Positions 40,695 to 44,026 of a DNA stretch of 44,026 bases are shown here, one piece after another. The notes under the pieces were generated by a model that ran no database searches, was not told the DNA's origin, and saw only the letters and a program-made list of their open reading frames with translations. Source of the stretch: Candidatus Magasanikbacteria bacterium RIFOXYC2_FULL_40_16 (lineage in GTDB: Bacteria > Patescibacteriota > Patescibacteriia > Magasanikbacterales > UBA922); assembly GCA_001783185.1 (NCBI GenBank), contig MFQY01000053.1, positions 1-44,026 of the forward strand, given 5' to 3'. The number at the start of each line of letters is the position of its first letter. Position 1 is the first letter of the stretch. Made by a program: the position numbers and the translations under genes.

Positions 40695-40784
40695 CCAGCC
40701 ACCTTCCCGATGTGGCATCGGGACGTTCTACCAAATGCTTTTAGTCCCGATGAGCCAAAGGCGACATCGGGAAACTAAGGGCCC
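40695..40784 (-). pseudogene. decayed tRNA-Ala(GGC)-like copy carrying two TCCCGATG..CATCGGGA hairpins, truncated in the T-loop by the GIY-YIG gene
   Basis: Minus strand: GGGCCCTTAGTT-[TCCCGATGTCGCCTTTGGCTCATCGGGACTAAAAG]-CATTTGGTAGAAC-G-[TCCCGATGCCACATCGGGA]-AGGTGGCTGGTAAAT.. The intact gene reads GGGCCCTTAGTTCATTTGGTAGAATG[anticodon arm]AGGTGACCGGTTCAAAT. Confidence 0.7.
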
Positions 40785-41003
40785 GTTGATATGCCTCAAC
40801 ATAATACTAAAAATTTCACAAAAAGTCAAGGCGCGACATCATATTGATAACAATTATATCACACGCGGTTTTAAACAAACAAATCAAAACCACCCGCTCA
40901 AGAATCTGTGTGGGCGGTTTGTGTCTTGCCAGCTACACCGGCATCATCACCCGTCGCAATTTTTTTGAGCATATAATTTTTAAAGACTGAGTTAATATCT
41001 TTT

Positions 41004-41023
41004 CAGAAAGGTGACGGGGTTGA
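41004..41023. repeat. solo right-end repeat of the MITE-like family (CAGAAAGGTGACGGGGTTGA)
   Basis: Matches the right terminal repeats at 5904-5923 and 30692-30711. No left end was recognised. Confidence 0.6.
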
Positions 41024-41070
41024 CAAAAATGACTTTTTGGTATAACATTTTTAAACAAAAGGAGGAAAAA

Positions 41071-41481
41071 ATGACTTTCGAAGAATTGGTCCAAAAAGTG
41101 GGAATTGGGTTGGCAACCGTAATCCAAAGCGAGAGAAGCGGGCTGACCGAAGAAGTCCTCGCCCGTCTTGATAACTTCCAAAAGTGGGAAGAGGTGTTTC
41201 TTGAATCTCTACCACATAGCCAGCTGGAAATAACAGCTCATAAAAAAATGGGAGAATTCATAAGTTCAGACGAAGACCTCAGAAAATATCAGGCATACCA
41301 CCCATGGATCACCATCTATGGCCATCCAAGCCACAAAGAGCTACGCTCCCCACCCGAGGAAACGCCCCTGTTCACACTTGAACAATGGAGCTGGATCTGG
41401 CGCATGAACCGATACGCTCATTCAAATCCGGAATTGCGTTATTTGGCAATGAGGCAGATGATTGCCTTGAGCGAAACGTAG
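41071..41481 (+). CDS. hypothetical protein (136 aa), GC-richer
   Basis: The Shine-Dalgarno AAAGGAGGAAAAA-ATG at 41071 favours this start over 41011. No family recognised. Confidence 0.5.
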   Translation: MTFEELVQKVGIGLATVIQSERSGLTEEVLARLDNFQKWEEVFLESLPHSQLEITAHKKMGEFISSDEDLRKYQAYHPWITIYGHPSHKELRSPPEETPLFTLEQWSWIWRMNRYAHSNPELRYLAMRQMIALSET

Positions 41482-41508
41482 CCAAAACCCAAACAAGAAA
41501 GTCTCCCG

Positions 41509-41536
41509 CCCCCGACTAAGTCGGGGGCTTTGTTTT
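41509..41536 (+). terminator. intrinsic terminator
   Basis: CCCCCGAC-TAA-GTCGGGGG followed by CTTTGTTTT. Confidence 0.75.
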
Positions 41537-41554
41537 CCCTCAACTCAACCGTGA

Positions 41555-41583
41555 TTGACAAAATAAAAAAAATCCGCTATATT
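41555..41583 (+). promoter_or_regulatory. sigma70-type promoter for tig
   Basis: TTGACA, a 17-nt spacer, then TATATT. Confidence 0.55.
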
Positions 41584-41662
41584 AAAGCAACTCAAAACTA
41601 AGCAACTAAAATCTAAAATCTAAAATCTCTAATCTATAATCTATAATCTAACAATTAACAAT

Positions 41663-42949
41663 ATGTCCCACTCATTAAAAAAACTGGAAAAATCGGAAAT
41701 TGAACTGACATTAACAGTCGCCCCGGCCGATTATGAAAAACATCTGCAAAAAGCCGCGCAAAGACTGTCCGAACGCACTACCATCAAAGGCTTCCGCAAA
41801 GGCAAAGTTCCTTTTGATGTTGTTAAAAAAGAAGTCGGCGAAATGGCCATCCTGCAAGAAGCGTTGGAAGATGTAATCCGCGAGACTTTTTATAACGCGG
41901 TAACGGATGAAAAACTGGAGACCATCGGTATGCCAAAAATTGATATAGAAAAAATCGCCCCGGGCAATGATATTATCTACAAAGCAACCGTTGGGCTGAT
42001 GCCGAAAGTTGAGCTCGCGAACTTATCCAAAATTGAAGTAAAAAAAGAAATCAAAAAAGTGGACGATGCTAAAATCACGGAAACGCTTGACGCTATTCGT
42101 GGGATTAATGCTACGGAAACACCAAAAGACGGCCCAGCTGTTGGGACAGACAAACTGGTGATTGATATGGATATGAAACTTGATAATGTGCCGATTGAGG
42201 GCGGACAAGCCAAAGACTACCAGGTTTATTTAAGCGAGGACCATTATGTCCGCGGATTTAATAAAGAGGTTGAAGGTCTTAAAAAAGGCGAAGAAAAAGA
42301 ATTTACGCTGGATTTTCCGGACACTCATTACCAAAAAATGCTGGCCGGGAAAAAAGTTCAGTTTAAAATTAAAGTAAAAGAAGTGTTGGAAAGACACTTG
42401 CCGGAATTGACGGATGAGATGGCAAAAAAACTCGGGCAAGACACTGTAGAAAAATTAAAAGAGACCATAATAAAAAATTTGGAAGCCGAAGCCGAACAAA
42501 AGGCGGAGCAAAAAACCGAAATAGAAATGTTGGAAAAAATAGTTGCGGACAGCAAGTTTGAACCGATCCCGACAGTAATTATTGATAGTGAAAGACAGAA
42601 GATGTTCTACGAATTAAAAAGCAATTTGGAAAGACATGGCGTAGAAATTGACCAATACTTGGCTGACATCAAAAAAACGGAAAAAGAATTATATGAAGAA
42701 TTCAAAACCCAGGCGGAAAAAAGAGCCAAAGCAGCGCTAGTGTCGCGCCAGGTGGCAATAGAACAAAATCTTAAAGTCAGCGAAGAAGAATTGAATCAGG
42801 AAATTGAAAATATGCGCGAAATTTACAAAAATGAAAAAGAAACGCTGGAAAGATTAAATGATGCCGGCGTGAGAGAAAGTATCGCCACCGCCATTCAGAA
42901 CAAGAAAGTGGTAAAATGGCTTAAAGAAAAAATTGTAAAAAACGCTTAA
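41663..42949 (+). CDS. tig: trigger factor
   Basis: The N-terminal ribosome-binding domain has GFRKGKVP, followed by an FKBP-like middle domain and a helical C-terminal domain. Confidence 0.9.
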   Translation: MSHSLKKLEKSEIELTLTVAPADYEKHLQKAAQRLSERTTIKGFRKGKVPFDVVKKEVGEMAILQEALEDVIRETFYNAVTDEKLETIGMPKIDIEKIAPGNDIIYKATVGLMPKVELANLSKIEVKKEIKKVDDAKITETLDAIRGINATETPKDGPAVGTDKLVIDMDMKLDNVPIEGGQAKDYQVYLSEDHYVRGFNKEVEGLKKGEEKEFTLDFPDTHYQKMLAGKKVQFKIKVKEVLERHLPELTDEMAKKLGQDTVEKLKETIIKNLEAEAEQKAEQKTEIEMLEKIVADSKFEPIPTVIIDSERQKMFYELKSNLERHGVEIDQYLADIKKTEKELYEEFKTQAEKRAKAALVSRQVAIEQNLKVSEEELNQEIENMREIYKNEKETLERLNDAGVRESIATAIQNKKVVKWLKEKIVKNA

Positions 42950-43109
42950 AAACCGACGACTACTCAAATTTTAGACCAAGACAGCTTCTGTTGTTTCATG
43001 TTTCATGCCTCATGACTTATGCTCAACGGGGGTCTTTACATTTTTGTCAAAATATGATAGAGTGTCTTGAGGTAAATAAAACCTTTCACAACTTTCACAA
43101 GGGGGAGTT

Positions 43110-43379
43110 ATGGACAAATACACAAAGGAATTGATTTCTCGTTGTTGTGGGGAAGTGGTGGGACTCAAGTTCTACTTGATTCCTATGATCAAAGAAATGT
43201 CGCTTAGCGACGAGCAGATCCAGGACTTCTTCCGCCTCACCGGAGCCCGCAAGGTGGAGCTCTGGATCAAGATCTCCGAGTTCATCTCGGAGAAGAAGAT
43301 TCTAGACAGGAAAGAGGGGGCAATGGAGTTCATCAAGAACACCCTGAAGTTCTCCAAGAACCCAGTGGAGGAAAAGTAG
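43110..43379 (+). CDS. small hypothetical protein (89 aa)
   Basis: Shine-Dalgarno GGGGGAG and a plausible upstream promoter (TTTACA, 17-nt spacer, TAGAGT). GC-richer. Shares an EVVGL motif with the next small ORF. Confidence 0.45.
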   Translation: MDKYTKELISRCCGEVVGLKFYLIPMIKEMSLSDEQIQDFFRLTGARKVELWIKISEFISEKKILDRKEGAMEFIKNTLKFSKNPVEEK

Positions 43380-43456
43380 TTCCTCCTTACACCCGGCGCT
43401 AACGCGCCATCCAAGCCGTATGGTTCGCCCAGCGGCTTTTTTTAGTTTTTAAAGAG

Positions 43457-43486
43457 TTGACAAAACACCCTTTTTGGAGTTAAAAT
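43457..43486 (+). promoter_or_regulatory. sigma70-type promoter for the 80-aa ORF
   Basis: TTGACA at 43457-62, an 18-nt spacer and TAAAAT at 43481-86. Confidence 0.5.
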
Positions 43487-43521
43487 ATAATGTCCGTAAA
43501 AATTAACAATGGACAAAGGAG

Positions 43522-43764
43522 GTGGGTATGACCGCGGAAGAACTGACAAGTATTGACTGCGCTCTCGCGTCAGAGGACCCGGTTACCCAGGAGGTGGTGG
43601 GGCTTATTTACAGATATTGCGAAGACAAGAAACTAAATGCTTGTGCCTGCAAGAAAATTTATGAAAGGCTAACGCCGGATGATTTCAACCATCTTAAAAA
43701 GATGGTAAACGAAAAAGAAACAGTCAGCCACATCTGGCAACAGTTTGACGCAATCCTGAAATAA
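43522..43764 (+). CDS. small hypothetical protein (80 aa)
   Basis: Shine-Dalgarno AAAGGAGGTGGGT-ATG. The hairpin GAGCCCCG-CTAATAA-CGGGGCTC follows at 43779-43801. Confidence 0.45.
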   Translation: MGMTAEELTSIDCALASEDPVTQEVVGLIYRYCEDKKLNACACKKIYERLTPDDFNHLKKMVNEKETVSHIWQQFDAILK

Positions 43765-44026
43765 CCCACTCCTCCACGGAGCCCCGCTAATAACGGGGCT
43801 CTTACTAATTAATCAAAAACCCCCAGCGTAGCCATCCCGTCATCCCGACCCGCCAGCTGGCGGGGAGGGATCCCCCTATCATTCTCGCGAAAACGAAAAT
43901 CCAGAAGAATAATTTTCTCTCCTCCACTTTTTTTATAAAAAGTGGAGCAAAAAATCGAGCCGTTAGTTCGCTCAGAGCCAGTTGCGGCTCACCGTCGTAT
44001 TTTGTCCTTGACTTAACCTTGACGGG

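Noticed and set aside
1-44026. Alternative genetic code (UGA as sense, as in some CPR lineages)
   Set aside because: Long conserved genes such as pilB, tig, ychF and the PBP are intact under the standard code. TGA is used as a stop, for example at the end of pilN at 10715-10717, directly before the next gene.

Overview
The window reads like an AT-rich, streamlined Patescibacteria/CPR-type chromosome segment. This is an inference from gene content and style; no rRNA is present to confirm it. About 40 protein genes fit the standard genetic code. Recognisable core genes are galU (partial), the rpsF-ssb-rpsR operon, ychF, efp with a PoxA/EpmA-like ligase, tig, a VIT1/CCC1 transporter, a Kef-type antiporter, an MgtC-family protein and a SemiSWEET-like protein. 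A type IV pilus and DNA-uptake theme is split over three loci: pilB-pilC and pilM-pilN-pilO-like (5987-11725), three pseudopilins plus a PilX-like protein (406-4043), and a ComEA-HhH/lamin-tail/OB-fold surface protein (18844-21000). Eight tRNA genes are present. One is a tRNA-Phe(GAA) split by a roughly 230-nt group I intron, and it sits in a tRNA cluster with a GIY-YIG gene and a LAGLIDADG-like gene. The most unusual content is structural, with six main signals. (1) A palindrome conserved at the nucleotide level is embedded in the leader-peptide codons of all three pseudopilin genes and is read in three different frames. One of these pseudopilins is fused in frame to a GIY-YIG ORF. (2) Orphan 5' fragments of tRNAs break at nucleotide 12/13 into GC-rich hairpin modules, upstream of four intact tRNA genes. 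(3) Several families of small palindromic or MITE-like elements occur, and one copy is inserted in frame in a CDS. (4) Each gene carries its own stuttering short-word repeats in its leader. (5) The composition is a mosaic: the visibly GC-richer genes carry Shine-Dalgarno sequences and the AT-rich core genes do not. (6) There is a candidate small RNA with its own promoters and terminator. All calls rest on reading the sequence and on remembered family motifs. No searches or folding programs were run.
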